DNA of 64,000 nucleotides from a virus (Duplodnaviria; Heunggongvirae; Uroviricota; Caudoviricetes): IMG/VR virus record IMGVR_UViG_2622736468_000003; one strand, 5' to 3'. Shown piece by piece: positions 11,425 to 20,948 of this stretch (position 1 is its first letter; each line of letters starts with the position of its first letter). The notes under the pieces were generated by a model. It saw only the letters and a program-made list of their open reading frames with translations, ran no database searches and was not told where the DNA came from. The position numbers and the translations under genes were made by a program.

Positions 11425-11826
11425 GTGGGAACCAAAGTGTCAGATATGCAGAAAAATGTGACTCCCGGCAGGCGAAAAGGCTGCCCTAATTATCCTCCCG
11501 AATTTAAACAGCAGCTCGTTGCTGCCTCCTGTGAACCCGGGATATCCATCTCAAAACTTGCTCTTGAAAATGGCATTAACGCCAATCTGTTGTTCAAATG
11601 GCGACAACAATGGCGCGAGGGAAAGCTGCTATTACCTTCTTCAGAGAGCCCCCAGCTACTTCCTGTGACTCTCGATGCAGCTGCCGAACAGCCAGAATCG
11701 CTCGCAGAGGACCCGAAAACCCTCAGTATCAGCTGTGAGGTAACGTTCCGGCACGGGACGCTCCGCTTCAATGGCAATGTCAGCGAAAAGCTCCTGACTC
11801 TGCTGATACAGGAACTGAAGCGATGA
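11425..11826 (+). CDS. IS66-family accessory protein TnpA
   Basis: 133 aa, identical to copy 2 tnpA. Confidence 0.85.
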   Translation: MGTKVSDMQKNVTPGRRKGCPNYPPEFKQQLVAASCEPGISISKLALENGINANLLFKWRQQWREGKLLLPSSESPQLLPVTLDAAAEQPESLAEDPKTLSISCEVTFRHGTLRFNGNVSEKLLTLLIQELKR

Positions 11827-12170
11827 TCCCGTTACCTTCCGGGACCAAAATTTGGCTGGTTGCCGGTATCACCGATATGAGAAATGGCTTCAACGGCCTG
11901 GCTGCGAAAGTACAGACGGCGCTGAAAGACGATCCCATGTCCGGCCATGTTTTCATTTTCCGGGGCCGCAGCGGCAGTCAGGTTAAACTGCTGTGGTCCA
12001 CCGGTGACGGACTGTGCCTCCTGACCAAACGGCTGGAGCGTGGGCGCTTCGCCTGGCCGTCAGCCCGTGATGGCAAAGTGTTCCTTACACAGGCGCAGCT
12101 GGCGATGCTGCTGGAAGGTATCGACTGGCGACAGCCTAAGCGGCTGCTGACCTCCCTGACCATGCTGTAA
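11823..12170 (+). CDS. IS66-family TnpB
   Basis: 115 aa, overlaps tnpA stop. Confidence 0.85.
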   Translation: MIPLPSGTKIWLVAGITDMRNGFNGLAAKVQTALKDDPMSGHVFIFRGRSGSQVKLLWSTGDGLCLLTKRLERGRFAWPSARDGKVFLTQAQLAMLLEGIDWRQPKRLLTSLTML

Positions 12171-12219
12171 ATCTCTTTATCCTGGTTGTCACAGAATAAG
12201 CCCGGTAAAATACGGGCTT

Positions 12220-13757
12220 ATGAACGACATCTCTTCTGACGACATCTTCCTGCTGAAACAGCGCCTGGCCGAACAGGAAGCGCTGATCCACGCCCTGCAG
12301 GAAAAGCTGAGCAACCGGGAGCGCGAAATAGACCATCTGCAGGCGCAGCTGGATAAACTCCGCCGGATGAACTTCGGCAGTCGTTCCGAAAAAGTCTCCC
12401 GCCGTATCGCACAAATGGAAGCCGATCTGAACCGGCTTCAGAAAGAGAGCGATACGCTGACTGGTAGGGTGTATGACCCGGCAGTACAGCGTCCGTTGCG
12501 TCAGACCCGCACCCGTAAGCCGTTCCCTGAATCACTACCCCGTGACGAAAAGCGACTGTTGCCTGCGGCGCCGTGCTGCCCGAACTGCGGCGGTTCACTG
12601 AGTTATCTGGGCGAGGATACCGCCGAACAGCTGGAGTTGATGCGTAGCGCCTTCCGGGTTATCCGGACGGTACGGGAAAAACATGCCTGTACTCAGTGCG
12701 ATGCCATCGTGCAGGCACCTGCACCTTCGCGGCCCATCGAGCGGGGTATCGCCGGACCGGGCTGCTGGCCCGCGTGCTGACCTCGAAGTATGCAGAGCAC
12801 ACCCCGCTGTATCGCCAGTCAGAAATATACGGCCGGCAAGGTGTGGAGCTGAGCCGTTCACTGCTGTCGGGCTGGGTGGATGCATGCTGCCGGCTGCTGT
12901 CTCCGCTGGAAGAGGCGCTTCATGGCTATGTGCTGACTGACGGTAAGCTCCATGTTGATGACACGCCTGTCCCGGTGCTGTTGCCAGGCAATAAGAAAAC
13001 GAAGACCGGGCGGTTGTGGGCGTATGTTCGTGACGACCGTAACGCCGGGTCAACGCTGGCGCCGGCGGTGTGGTTCGCTTACAGCCCGGACAGAAAAGGC
13101 ATCCATCCGCAGACCCATCTTGCGGGGTTCAGTGGTGTACTGCAGGCGGATGCATACGCCGGGTTCAACGAGCTGTACCGGGATGGCCGGATAACGGAAG
13201 CCGCCTGTTGGGCTCACGCCCGCCGTAAAATCCACGATGTGCACGTTCGCACCCCGTCAGCCCTGACGGAGGAAGCGCTGAAACGGATCGGCGAACTGTA
13301 CGCCATCGAGGCAGAGATAAGGGGAATGACGGCGGAACAGCGCCTTGCCGAACGTCAGTTGAAAACGAAACCGCTGCTGAAATCCCTGGAAAGCTGGCTG
13401 CGTGAAAAGATGAAAACCCTGTCGCGACACTCAGAACTGGCGAAAGCGTTCGCATACGCCCTGAACCAGTGGCCGGCGCTGACGTACTATGCAGATGATG
13501 GCTGGGCTGAGGCGGACAATAACATCGCTGAAAATGCGTTGCGGATGGTCAGTCTGGGCCGCAAAAACTACCTGTTCTTCGGTTCGGATCATGGAGGAGA
13601 GCGGGGAGCGCTGCTGTACAGCCTGATCGGGACGTGCAAACTGAACGGAGTGGAGCCAGAAAGCTACCTCCGCTATGTCCTTGACGTCATAGCCGACTGG
13701 CCGATAAACCGGGTCGGCGAACTGCTCCCCTGGCGCGTAGCACTGCCGACTGAATAA
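12220..13757 (+). pseudogene. IS66-family transposase TnpC, frameshifted
   Basis: Split into 186-aa and 353-aa ORFs; copy 2 has GGGG where copy 1 has GGG at 12759-12761. Confidence 0.8.
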
Positions 13758-13794
13758 CACATCCCCGTCAATACGGTTCTTGCTGCACGCTTAC

Positions 13795-14376
13795 GGATCG
13801 TCTTTCAGCGCCGTTTGTACTTTCGCAGCCAGGCCGTTGAAGCCATTTCTCATATCGGTGATACCGGCAACCAGCCAAATTTTGGTCCCGGAAGGTAACG
13901 GGATCATCGCTTCAGTTCCTGTATCAGCAGAGTCAGGAGCTTTTCGCTGACATTGCCATTGAAGCGGAGCGTCCCGTGCCGGAACGTTACCTCACAGCTG
14001 ATACTGAGGGTTTCCGGGTCCTCTGCGAGCGATTCTGGCTGTTCGGCAGCTGCATCGAGAGTCACAGGAAGTAGCTGGGGGCTCTCTGAAGAAGGTAATA
14101 GCAGCTTTCCCTCGCGCCATTGTTGTCGCCATTTGAACAACAGATTGGCGTTAATGCCATTTTCAAGAGCAAGTTTTGAGATGGATATCCCGGGTTCACA
14201 GGAGGCAGCAACGAGCTGCTGTTTAAATTCGGGAGGATAATTAGGGCAGCCTTTTCGCCTGCCGGGAGTCACATTTTTCTGCATATCTGATACTTTGGTT
14301 CCCACTGCTTATTTGGTGGACACCACTTTGTCTAATTCGTCAGATTCTGACCAGACGGTTCAGGCTGTACGCTTAC
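13795..14376 (-). mobile_element. Partial inverted IS66 copy (left end, tnpA and 5' tnpB only)
   Basis: 582 bp beginning inside tnpB and ending at a left inverted repeat at 14376; abuts copy 1. Confidence 0.75.
13904..14305 (-). CDS. IS66-family TnpA (partial-copy element)
   Basis: 133 aa, one substitution (K to E) relative to the other two copies. Confidence 0.7.
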   Translation of the reverse strand: MGTKVSDMQKNVTPGRRKGCPNYPPEFKQQLVAASCEPGISISKLALENGINANLLFKWRQQWREGKLLLPSSESPQLLPVTLDAAAEQPESLAEDPETLSISCEVTFRHGTLRFNGNVSEKLLTLLIQELKR

Positions 14377-14384
14377 GGTTAGTG
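14377..14384. repeat. 8-bp direct repeat GGTTAGTG flanking the IS66 complex
   Basis: Same octamer at 11346-11353 and 14377-14384; 8 bp is the usual IS66-family target duplication. Confidence 0.8.
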
Positions 14385-14530
14385 TTTTCTTTTTTTTCTA
14401 TTTCTTTAATCACCAAGTCATGAGCTAGGTGTCTGTCATGAGCCAGATATACTTTTGAAAAACAACCCTGTTCTTCTAGATCACTAATCCATTCGAATTC
14501 TACATCAGCTCTTTTGTATGGAGTTAGCAT
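14377..14530 (-). pseudogene. stk: Ser/Thr kinase, 5' part
   Basis: MLTPYKRADVEFEWISDLEEQGCFSKVYLAHD..LVIKEI: glycine-rich loop and VxxK lysine; joins the 3' part in frame once the IS complex and one repeat copy are removed. Confidence 0.8.
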
Positions 14531-14985
14531 CCCCTTACCTCCGCAGATAGAGCAGCCAAAACAGCTTCATTTGTTTCAGTTGTAAAACCAGAATTATCGA
14601 TTCCATTTATATTGCGGTGTGACTTCAATATTTCTTTATACTCGATCTCTGTTAGGTTCAATGATGATTTCATGCCAGATTTTCTAATAGTGTAATATTT
14701 TCTTACATCACTGCTTGAAAATGCTTCTTGAATAACAGCTTCTATATAAAGGCGGTCAATGCTAAGATTATCAGAGTTTGATTCAGTAACGCGTATGGCA
14801 GCTAATTCAACATTATATAAATTAAGAATGTCGAGGATGTTATTTCTCACATACTTTAATTTTTCTGGTGTGTCTAAGGTCGAAGGTATTTTAATAACAT
14901 CAACACATTTGAGTGCAGACTCATTAGTGCAATATACAACAAAAGATGTAACTTTGGGCGCCGCTCTAACACCTAGTATTCTCAT
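14524..14985 (-). CDS. Hypothetical protein, directly upstream of the kinase
   Basis: 153 aa; AT-rich; stop is 1 nt from the kinase ATG. Confidence 0.5.
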   Translation of the reverse strand: MRILGVRAAPKVTSFVVYCTNESALKCVDVIKIPSTLDTPEKLKYVRNNILDILNLYNVELAAIRVTESNSDNLSIDRLYIEAVIQEAFSSSDVRKYYTIRKSGMKSSLNLTEIEYKEILKSHRNINGIDNSGFTTETNEAVLAALSAEVRGC

Positions 14986-15052
14986 TTTTTATATCCTATT
15001 TTAGAATCAGGCCGCATCTCTGCGACCATCCATCATCCAAACGTCTCTTCAC

Positions 15053-15394
15053 TCATCCGAAGAAGCAGCAATCCGGGTCAGCACGCACAAGCTCAAGCGC
15101 ATCAGTCAGCGAAAGTTCAGTACTGTACTGATGCCATTTCATATCCTTCCGCATCCAATAGATTTTCCATCTATCCAGAGAACGTATGTACTTGATTCTT
15201 GCTGATGGCAGGATGTTTGTTTCACCTGGGTTGCCCTGCCACACGGGGCGCTGTTCGCCGATATCTATCGTTTGGTCATTGATGCTATAAACAATATCCA
15301 GTTCATTGCGGATATGTTCAGGCGGCCTTATGCTTTCAATGAATTGGTGAACTTCTTTTTTGACCGCTTGATATTCAAGGTCAGTGAACGCCAT
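15053..15394 (-). CDS. Hypothetical protein downstream of cI
   Basis: 113-aa ORF, same strand, 60 bp after cI. Confidence 0.5.
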   Translation of the reverse strand: MAFTDLEYQAVKKEVHQFIESIRPPEHIRNELDIVYSINDQTIDIGEQRPVWQGNPGETNILPSARIKYIRSLDRWKIYWMRKDMKWHQYSTELSLTDALELVRADPDCCFFG

Positions 15395-15454
15395 CTATCC
15401 TCCTCACCCAAACGTTTCTTCTGGCCACTGGTTACCAGCTATGTGACGATGAAG

Positions 15455-16162
15455 TCACGAACTTTTCAGCCACTCCCTTGCCTCGATGTCATCCAGATGG
15501 CGAGATTGCTTCAGAATACCAGCTACATACTCCACCTTTGCTACTTGATGATAAGGCAACGTTATAGGCCTGTGATCCTGGTTAATGCTTGTAAATTGGT
15601 ATTCTCCATCTCTGTCATAGCCAAGAACCTTAATCATGTTGTGTCCTTCAACGGTTCTGACAAACACCTCATCACCCGGGAATACTTTGGTGTTAGGCTC
15701 AATGAGTACATATTCTCCTGATTTTATTCTGGGCCACATGCTGTCTCCTTTCACACGAAGGCCAAAGGCATCTGGATCATCGCTATAAATTTTGAGCCAC
15801 CCATCGCGCTCTTCGGTCATCTCGATGGCACCATCAACACCAAGAATTGCCTCACCAACCACGCGCACTAACCCTTTTTTTAATTTGCCAACAAATGAAA
15901 GAGTATCTTCATCATTCGCTCCATTTAACGAAGTGCCGTGCTGAAGCCAAACAACATCAACGTTTAGAAATTTCGCAAGCGCATTCATTTTTTCCTGACG
16001 CGGTAAAGACTCAGCATTAAACCATTTGCTAACGCCTTTGGACGAAAGAGAAAGGGCACGGGCTATAGCCATTCCCCTACCATGTTCATCAAGACCAGCT
16101 TCTTTACAGGCTTGCGCTAGCCGCTGGGCGAATTCTTTGCGCACTTTTTCATTCTGAACCAT
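15455..16162 (-). CDS. cI: CI-type repressor (HTH plus S24 LexA-like peptidase domain)
   Basis: 235 aa; N-terminal HTH; C-terminal LRVKGDSMWPRI (Ser nucleophile) and lysine region; divergent from cro. Confidence 0.85.
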   Translation of the reverse strand: MVQNEKVRKEFAQRLAQACKEAGLDEHGRGMAIARALSLSSKGVSKWFNAESLPRQEKMNALAKFLNVDVVWLQHGTSLNGANDEDTLSFVGKLKKGLVRVVGEAILGVDGAIEMTEERDGWLKIYSDDPDAFGLRVKGDSMWPRIKSGEYVLIEPNTKVFPGDEVFVRTVEGHNMIKVLGYDRDGEYQFTSINQDHRPITLPYHQVAKVEYVAGILKQSRHLDDIEAREWLKSS

Positions 16163-16240
16163 GAGTACGATACTAAAGCACTTGCAAAAACTTTCAGTTC
16201 AATCATAATGCGTACTGAAAGTACGAAAAAGGATATCCCT
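16163..16240. promoter_or_regulatory. Divergent cI/cro control region (oR, pRM/pR)
   Basis: 78-bp intergenic with imperfect dyad elements (ACTAAAG / CTTTCAGT, GTACTGAAAGTAC). Confidence 0.5.
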
Positions 16241-16468
16241 ATGCAAAATCTTGATGAGCCGATTAAAGGTGTCGGCATCCCTGAAGTTGCGAAGGCTTGT
16301 GGAGTTAGCGAAAGGGCTGTCTATAAGTGGCTCAAAAACGGCTTCCTCCCTAAGACTGAGTTTTTTGGGAAAACGAAATACGCATCAAAAATCGAAGAGA
16401 TTTCTGGTGGCAAATATCAAGCAAGCGAAATGCTTGAAATAAGCAAAAAGAACCTTCTGGCTGCATAA
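16241..16468 (+). CDS. cro: Cro-like repressor
   Basis: 75 aa from ATG at 16241 with HTH GIPEVAKACGVSERAVYKW; divergent from cI. Confidence 0.7.
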   Translation: MQNLDEPIKGVGIPEVAKACGVSERAVYKWLKNGFLPKTEFFGKTKYASKIEEISGGKYQASEMLEISKKNLLAA

Positions 16469-16606
16469 GTAACACCGCTATTTTCACAATGGACATTCGT
16501 CCTACGTCGCTGACAAAGCGAGCCCCAAGATATCTGACCAACTAAGGCCATATGCGTTTCCACGCATACCTTTCAACTAGCTATTCACTATTGGAAATCT
16601 TAAGAA

Positions 16607-16903
16607 ATGGAACAAACAAGTTACAGCAAACTGTCACAGCGCGATATCGATCGCGCTGAAACGGATTTACTTATCAACCTGTCAGCTCTGACGCAAAGGG
16701 GACTGGCGAAGATGATTGGCTGTCATGAATCGAAGGTCAGTCGTACCGACTGGCGATACATCGCGGCTATTTTATGCGCGTTTCAGATGGCATCTGATAT
16801 CAGTCCGATCAGCCGGGCTTTCCAGCATGCCATTAACGTTCATGCAAATAAAAAACGTCCGGTTGGGGCCGGACGTTCTGAGCAAATCCTGATGAATATC
16901 TGA
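16607..16903 (+). CDS. cII: CII-like transcriptional activator
   Basis: 98 aa; C-terminus NKKRPVGAGRSEQILMNI resembles recalled lambda CII NKKRPAATERSEQIQMEF. Confidence 0.75.
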   Translation: MEQTSYSKLSQRDIDRAETDLLINLSALTQRGLAKMIGCHESKVSRTDWRYIAAILCAFQMASDISPISRAFQHAINVHANKKRPVGAGRSEQILMNI

Positions 16904-16974
16904 TATTCAGGCAGGGCATGGAGCAATACACGGGAATAATTCTGCCACATCTGGAAGAATTTCGCCAGCAACAA

Positions 16975-17125
16975 CACCAACCGCAGCAGCCTGAAGCCGA
17001 TTGGGTTAACCCGGAGATACCGGGACCGTCTGTGAAGATGTGCAGTCACACCAATGTGCAGTCACACCAACCGCAGCAGCCTGAAGCCGATTGGGTTAAC
17101 CCGGGAGATACCGGGACCGTCTGCG
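16975..17125. repeat. Two direct repeats (89-bp period) upstream of the O-like gene; candidate origin iterons
   Basis: CACCAACCGCAGCAGCCTGAAGCCGATTGGGTTAACCCGG(G)AGATACCGGGACCGTCTG occurs twice here and once more at 17815-17900. Confidence 0.6.
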
Positions 17126-17156
17126 GTATGGAGTAAATCTTGTATGCGAGGGGACT

Positions 17157-18239
17157 ATGCGTAATTACGCAACAATTTCACCTCAGTTCTGGTTAGGCGA
17201 TACAGGGCGAAAACTAAGGAAGTCTGGTCCGGAATGTATGGTAGTGGCGTTGTATATGATGACCTCGCCTCATTCCAATATGCTGGGCCTTTATTACCTG
17301 CCTGTTTTGTACATTGCTCACGAAACCGGACTTGCTCCTGAAGGGGCTTCTAAGGGGCTTCAAATGGCTTGCGAGGCTGGTTTTTGCAGCTATGACCATG
17401 ATTCTGAGGTTGTATGGGTGCATGAAATGGCAGCATGGCAGGTTGGTGAATCGCTGAAACCTGGCGATAACCGTTGTGCTGGGGTAAGAAATGAATATTC
17501 CGCGTTGCTGGAAAATCCTTTTTTATCATCCTTTTATGATAGATATAAGGATGATTTCCACCTGGATGTCAGACGTGAATCATGTCGGAAAATTGAAGCC
17601 CCTTCAGAGCCCCTTTCAAGCCAAGAACAGGAACAGGAACAAGAACAGGAAAGGGATAAAACCCTTCTGGTCCATGGCGAAAAAATCGCCACGGACCCGC
17701 AGGGGGATTTTTGTCCTGTTCTGACTGAACCTCCAGGACCAGCTGGCACGACACCGGAAGCAGATTCCGGGCGTTGTGTGCAGCAGGTGCTGATCGTCGA
17801 ACCGGAGCAACAACGCCAACCGCAGCAGCCTGAAGCCGATTCCGCGATGAGCGGGAAGCCGATTGGGTTAACCCGGGCGATGCCGGGACCGTCTGCGGGA
17901 CGAGTTGATTATCCTGACGTGTTCGAACGGGTATGGCGTGAATATCCGCATCGGGCAGGGTCAAACCCGAAGAAATCCGCGTTCAATGCCTGGAGGGCCA
18001 GATTACGCGAAGGGGTGTCACCGGATGTCGTGCTGGATGGCGTGAGGCGTTACGCAAGATACCTGGAGGCTACCGGGAAAGCGGGAACTGAATTTGTTCA
18101 GCAGGCATCGACGTTTTTTGGCCCGAACAGGAATTTCGAAAATCCGTGGTCGCTGCCGAAGGCTGGCGCAGTCAGCCTGCGTTGCGTGAATCACATTTCT
18201 GAACCGGACACCGAAATTCCGCCGGGTTTCAGGGGGTAA
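17157..18239 (+). CDS. Replication initiation protein (O-like)
   Basis: 360 aa after cII, followed by a DnaC-like loader; contains a third iteron copy and a QEQEQEQE linker. Confidence 0.6.
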   Translation: MRNYATISPQFWLGDTGRKLRKSGPECMVVALYMMTSPHSNMLGLYYLPVLYIAHETGLAPEGASKGLQMACEAGFCSYDHDSEVVWVHEMAAWQVGESLKPGDNRCAGVRNEYSALLENPFLSSFYDRYKDDFHLDVRRESCRKIEAPSEPLSSQEQEQEQEQERDKTLLVHGEKIATDPQGDFCPVLTEPPGPAGTTPEADSGRCVQQVLIVEPEQQRQPQQPEADSAMSGKPIGLTRAMPGPSAGRVDYPDVFERVWREYPHRAGSNPKKSAFNAWRARLREGVSPDVVLDGVRRYARYLEATGKAGTEFVQQASTFFGPNRNFENPWSLPKAGAVSLRCVNHISEPDTEIPPGFRG

Positions 18240-18245
18240 TCAGCC

Positions 18246-18986
18246 ATGAAAAACATTTCGACAGGAGGGATTCTTGAACGGGTGCGCCGTCTGGCACCAC
18301 CGCACGTGGCAGCACCGTTCCGGACGACCGACGAATGGCGGGAATGGCAACTGGCTGAGGGCCGTAAGCGCAGCGAGGAAATTAACCGCCTGAATCATCA
18401 GGCGCGGGTTGAAAAAATCCTGAACCGTGCGGGCATCCAGCCGCTTCACAGGAAGTGCTCATTCGGGAACTACCGGGTGCAGAACGACGGTCAGCGCCAT
18501 GCTCTGAGCCAGGCGAAATCCATTGCCGATGAATTGATGACCGGGTGTACAAACTTCGTGTTCAGCGGGAATCCGGGAACCGGAAAAAATCATCTGGCGG
18601 CGGCTGTGGGTAATCGTCTGCTGAAGGCCGGTAAATCCGTGATAGTGGTCACCGTGGCGGATGTGATGAGCGCGTTACATGCCAGCTATGACGACGGACT
18701 GTCAGGGGAAAAATTTTTGCGTGAACTGTGCGAAGTGGACCTCCTGGTTCTTGACGAAATTGGCATCCAGCGTGAGACGAAAAACGAGCAGGTGGTACTG
18801 CACCAGATTGTTGACCGCCGGACGGCATCACTGCGCAGTGTCGGGATGCTGACAAACCTGAATCATGCCGCAATGAGCACGCTTCTTGGTGAGAGGATTA
18901 TGGACCGGATGACCATGAACGGTGGTCGTTGGGTGAATTTTAACTGGGAGAGCTGGCGGTCAAACGTTGGACGTCAGGGTATGTGA
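18246..18986 (+). CDS. DnaC/IstB-like AAA+ helicase loader
   Basis: Walker A GNPGTGKNHLAAA, Walker B LLVLDEIG. Confidence 0.85.
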   Translation: MKNISTGGILERVRRLAPPHVAAPFRTTDEWREWQLAEGRKRSEEINRLNHQARVEKILNRAGIQPLHRKCSFGNYRVQNDGQRHALSQAKSIADELMTGCTNFVFSGNPGTGKNHLAAAVGNRLLKAGKSVIVVTVADVMSALHASYDDGLSGEKFLRELCEVDLLVLDEIGIQRETKNEQVVLHQIVDRRTASLRSVGMLTNLNHAAMSTLLGERIMDRMTMNGGRWVNFNWESWRSNVGRQGM

Positions 18987-19011
18987 GAATTTTTGACGAG
19001 GTAAATTTTCG

Positions 19012-19782
19012 ATGGAAACCGTATTGCATGCACTGAAAGCGATGGGAAAAGCCAATTCTGTTGAACTGGCGGCGCGGCTTGATATCAGCCGTGAAGAAGT
19101 TCTCAACGAACTGTGGGAGCTCAAAAAAAATGGCGTTGTTGATAAAACGGGTCACACCTGGTTTCTGGCTGTCGAAGGTGAATCCCGGGTAACCGAAGAG
19201 CGGCCAGTAAAATCTGAAACACAGGATATGCTGACCGAAGAGGTCGCTCCAAAAGTTACCGCAGACATGATGATTGAGTTTATCGATCAGGATGGGGCTA
19301 AAACGTGTGAGGAACTGGCGGGGAAGTTCGGTGTCAGCACTCGTAAGGTTGCTTCCACGTTGGCGGTGGTAACAGCAACGAGACGCCTGGTACGCGAGAT
19401 CAGCAACGGAAAATTCCGTTACAAAATGCCTGATGTCGAAAACGGCGATTTGAGCGCTTTATCATCGCAGAATAAGCAATCACACCATGACGCAGAAAAC
19501 AGCGCGGCAGGCGATGAAATGAATCGTTTTCCGTTGGCATCAGAGAGCACGGCAAAGGCCAGTACAGATGAGTTTATCCGAGAAGTTCCATCATTCACCG
19601 AAAAATCTGCCAGTTCGGTGATGCTTCCATCGCTGCATGCTGCCAGTCGAGAACTTCGTCGCGCCAAAAAACAGGTCCAGAAGTGGGAGCGAGTCTGCGC
19701 CGCGCTGCGGGAGCTGAACAAGCACCGGGATATTGTTCGACAGATTGTCGATTCATCCGGTCGTATTGTGTCGGAAAAGTGA
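19012..19782 (+). CDS. Hypothetical protein with two winged-helix-like segments
   Basis: 256 aa; repeated HTH-like stretches (ANSVELAARLDISREEVL, CEELAGKFGVSTRKVAS). Confidence 0.45.
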   Translation: METVLHALKAMGKANSVELAARLDISREEVLNELWELKKNGVVDKTGHTWFLAVEGESRVTEERPVKSETQDMLTEEVAPKVTADMMIEFIDQDGAKTCEELAGKFGVSTRKVASTLAVVTATRRLVREISNGKFRYKMPDVENGDLSALSSQNKQSHHDAENSAAGDEMNRFPLASESTAKASTDEFIREVPSFTEKSASSVMLPSLHAASRELRRAKKQVQKWERVCAALRELNKHRDIVRQIVDSSGRIVSEK

Positions 19783-19797
19783 TTGCCGGAGGCGCTT

Positions 19798-20196
19798 ATG
19801 GCGAAACCTTTTACACACGAACAGCGGGAAGAACTGAAGGCACGAATTATCGGATTGGTACGCAAAAATGAACGCATGACGATATCGCAACTGGAGAGAG
19901 CGACGGGAGCAGGCTGGCATTCAGTCAGACGTTGCCTTGTGGATGTACTGGCTTGTGGCGATTTATACATGTCCGGTAAATACGGTGTTTTTGCATCAGA
20001 ACAGGTGTATCGCGTATGGCGTAAGACACCGGAGAAAACAACTGACCAGACATTGATTCGAAAGTTACCAGACGGAGAAATTCGCCGCTACGATAGACGC
20101 CTGAACATAATTTGTCGTGAGTGCCCCAGAGCGAAGTTATGCAGCGTGTGCTGGCTTTCTATCAGGGGAATTTTCAGGAGGCGGTACTGTGAGTGA
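19798..20196 (+). CDS. Hypothetical protein
   Basis: ATG at 19798 preceded by GGAGG. Confidence 0.4.
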   Translation: MAKPFTHEQREELKARIIGLVRKNERMTISQLERATGAGWHSVRRCLVDVLACGDLYMSGKYGVFASEQVYRVWRKTPEKTTDQTLIRKLPDGEIRRYDRRLNIICRECPRAKLCSVCWLSIRGIFRRRYCE

Positions 20197-20248
20197 ATTA
20201 GCTATCAGGCTTCAATTGTCGCTGGCATTCGCATCAAAGGAGAATGAG

Positions 20249-20833
20249 ATGACCACTTTTACAAAAGAGCAGTTAATCAGTCATGTTAGTGAAAATGTAA
20301 AGGCGATGAAATTTGCAGTAAAACAGACAGCATTCAAAAATTCTCTCGAGGCAATTGAGTTGGATTTAGCACTGGCCCTTGTTGCTCAGGCTTCGCTGGA
20401 AGCAGAGCCCGTGCTTTATATGAATCGATTTACCGGAAAGACATTCTCACTGGAAGAGCAACCTGGTGCTGATAAGGAACCGGAAATATACGTGCCGCTA
20501 TATGCTGCCCCGCCAGACAGCGCCGCCATGCTTCAGGCTGGAAACTTTCGGGAAAAGAAGGGTTCGTCAACCAATAATTTTCGGGAAATCTCGGAAACGT
20601 CAACCAACCATCCGGTAACTCTGGATGGTTGGATAAGCTGTAGTGAGCGAATGCCGGATGACGGTCAGCACGTAATTATTTTATGTGATGGCGCATTCGT
20701 TCTTTATGCGCAATATCGAGACGGTGAGTTTTTTGATGTAGTCCGTGATGGTGATGAATTTTTCGAAACACAGAGCCGCAATGTAACCGACTGGATGCCG
20801 CTACCAGAACCGCCGCAGGAGGTGCGCCAATGA
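20249..20833 (+). CDS. Hypothetical protein with DUF551-like C-terminus
   Basis: ATG at 20249 after AAGGAG; C-terminal DGQHVIILCDG...WMPLPEPP. Confidence 0.5.
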   Translation: MTTFTKEQLISHVSENVKAMKFAVKQTAFKNSLEAIELDLALALVAQASLEAEPVLYMNRFTGKTFSLEEQPGADKEPEIYVPLYAAPPDSAAMLQAGNFREKKGSSTNNFREISETSTNHPVTLDGWISCSERMPDDGQHVIILCDGAFVLYAQYRDGEFFDVVRDGDEFFETQSRNVTDWMPLPEPPQEVRQ

Positions 20834-20913
20834 TCTGGCCTGAAGCCTTTGCAATTACAGGCGTTGCTATAGCTATTGATTTTTTAGTATATGTTATTTG
20901 TCGGTGGGGGTAA
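20830..20913 (+). CDS. 27-aa hydrophobic peptide (candidate)
   Basis: MIWPEAFAITGVAIAIDFLVYVICRWG; ATG overlaps upstream stop; below the ORF-track cutoff. Confidence 0.25.
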   Translation: MIWPEAFAITGVAIAIDFLVYVICRWG

Positions 20914-20948
20914 AAACGTTCGCCGGGATTAACACCAAAGGAGGGAAT

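Larger units (their letters stand above)
11354..13794 (+). mobile_element. ISEc8-like IS66-family element, copy 1 (2441 bp)
   Basis: Ends GTAAGCGTACAGCC...GCACGCTTAC; tnpA-tnpB-tnpC; 1 bp shorter than copy 2. Confidence 0.85.

Noticed and set aside
12136-13760. Multiple ORFs on the opposite strand inside the IS66 and IS629 elements
   Set aside because: They recur identically in every IS copy only because the IS sequence recurs; the transposase frames explain the coding signal.
16918-17136. 72-aa ORF upstream of the O-like gene
   Set aside because: It is composed almost entirely of the iteron repeats and reads them in a different frame from O; most likely non-coding origin DNA.
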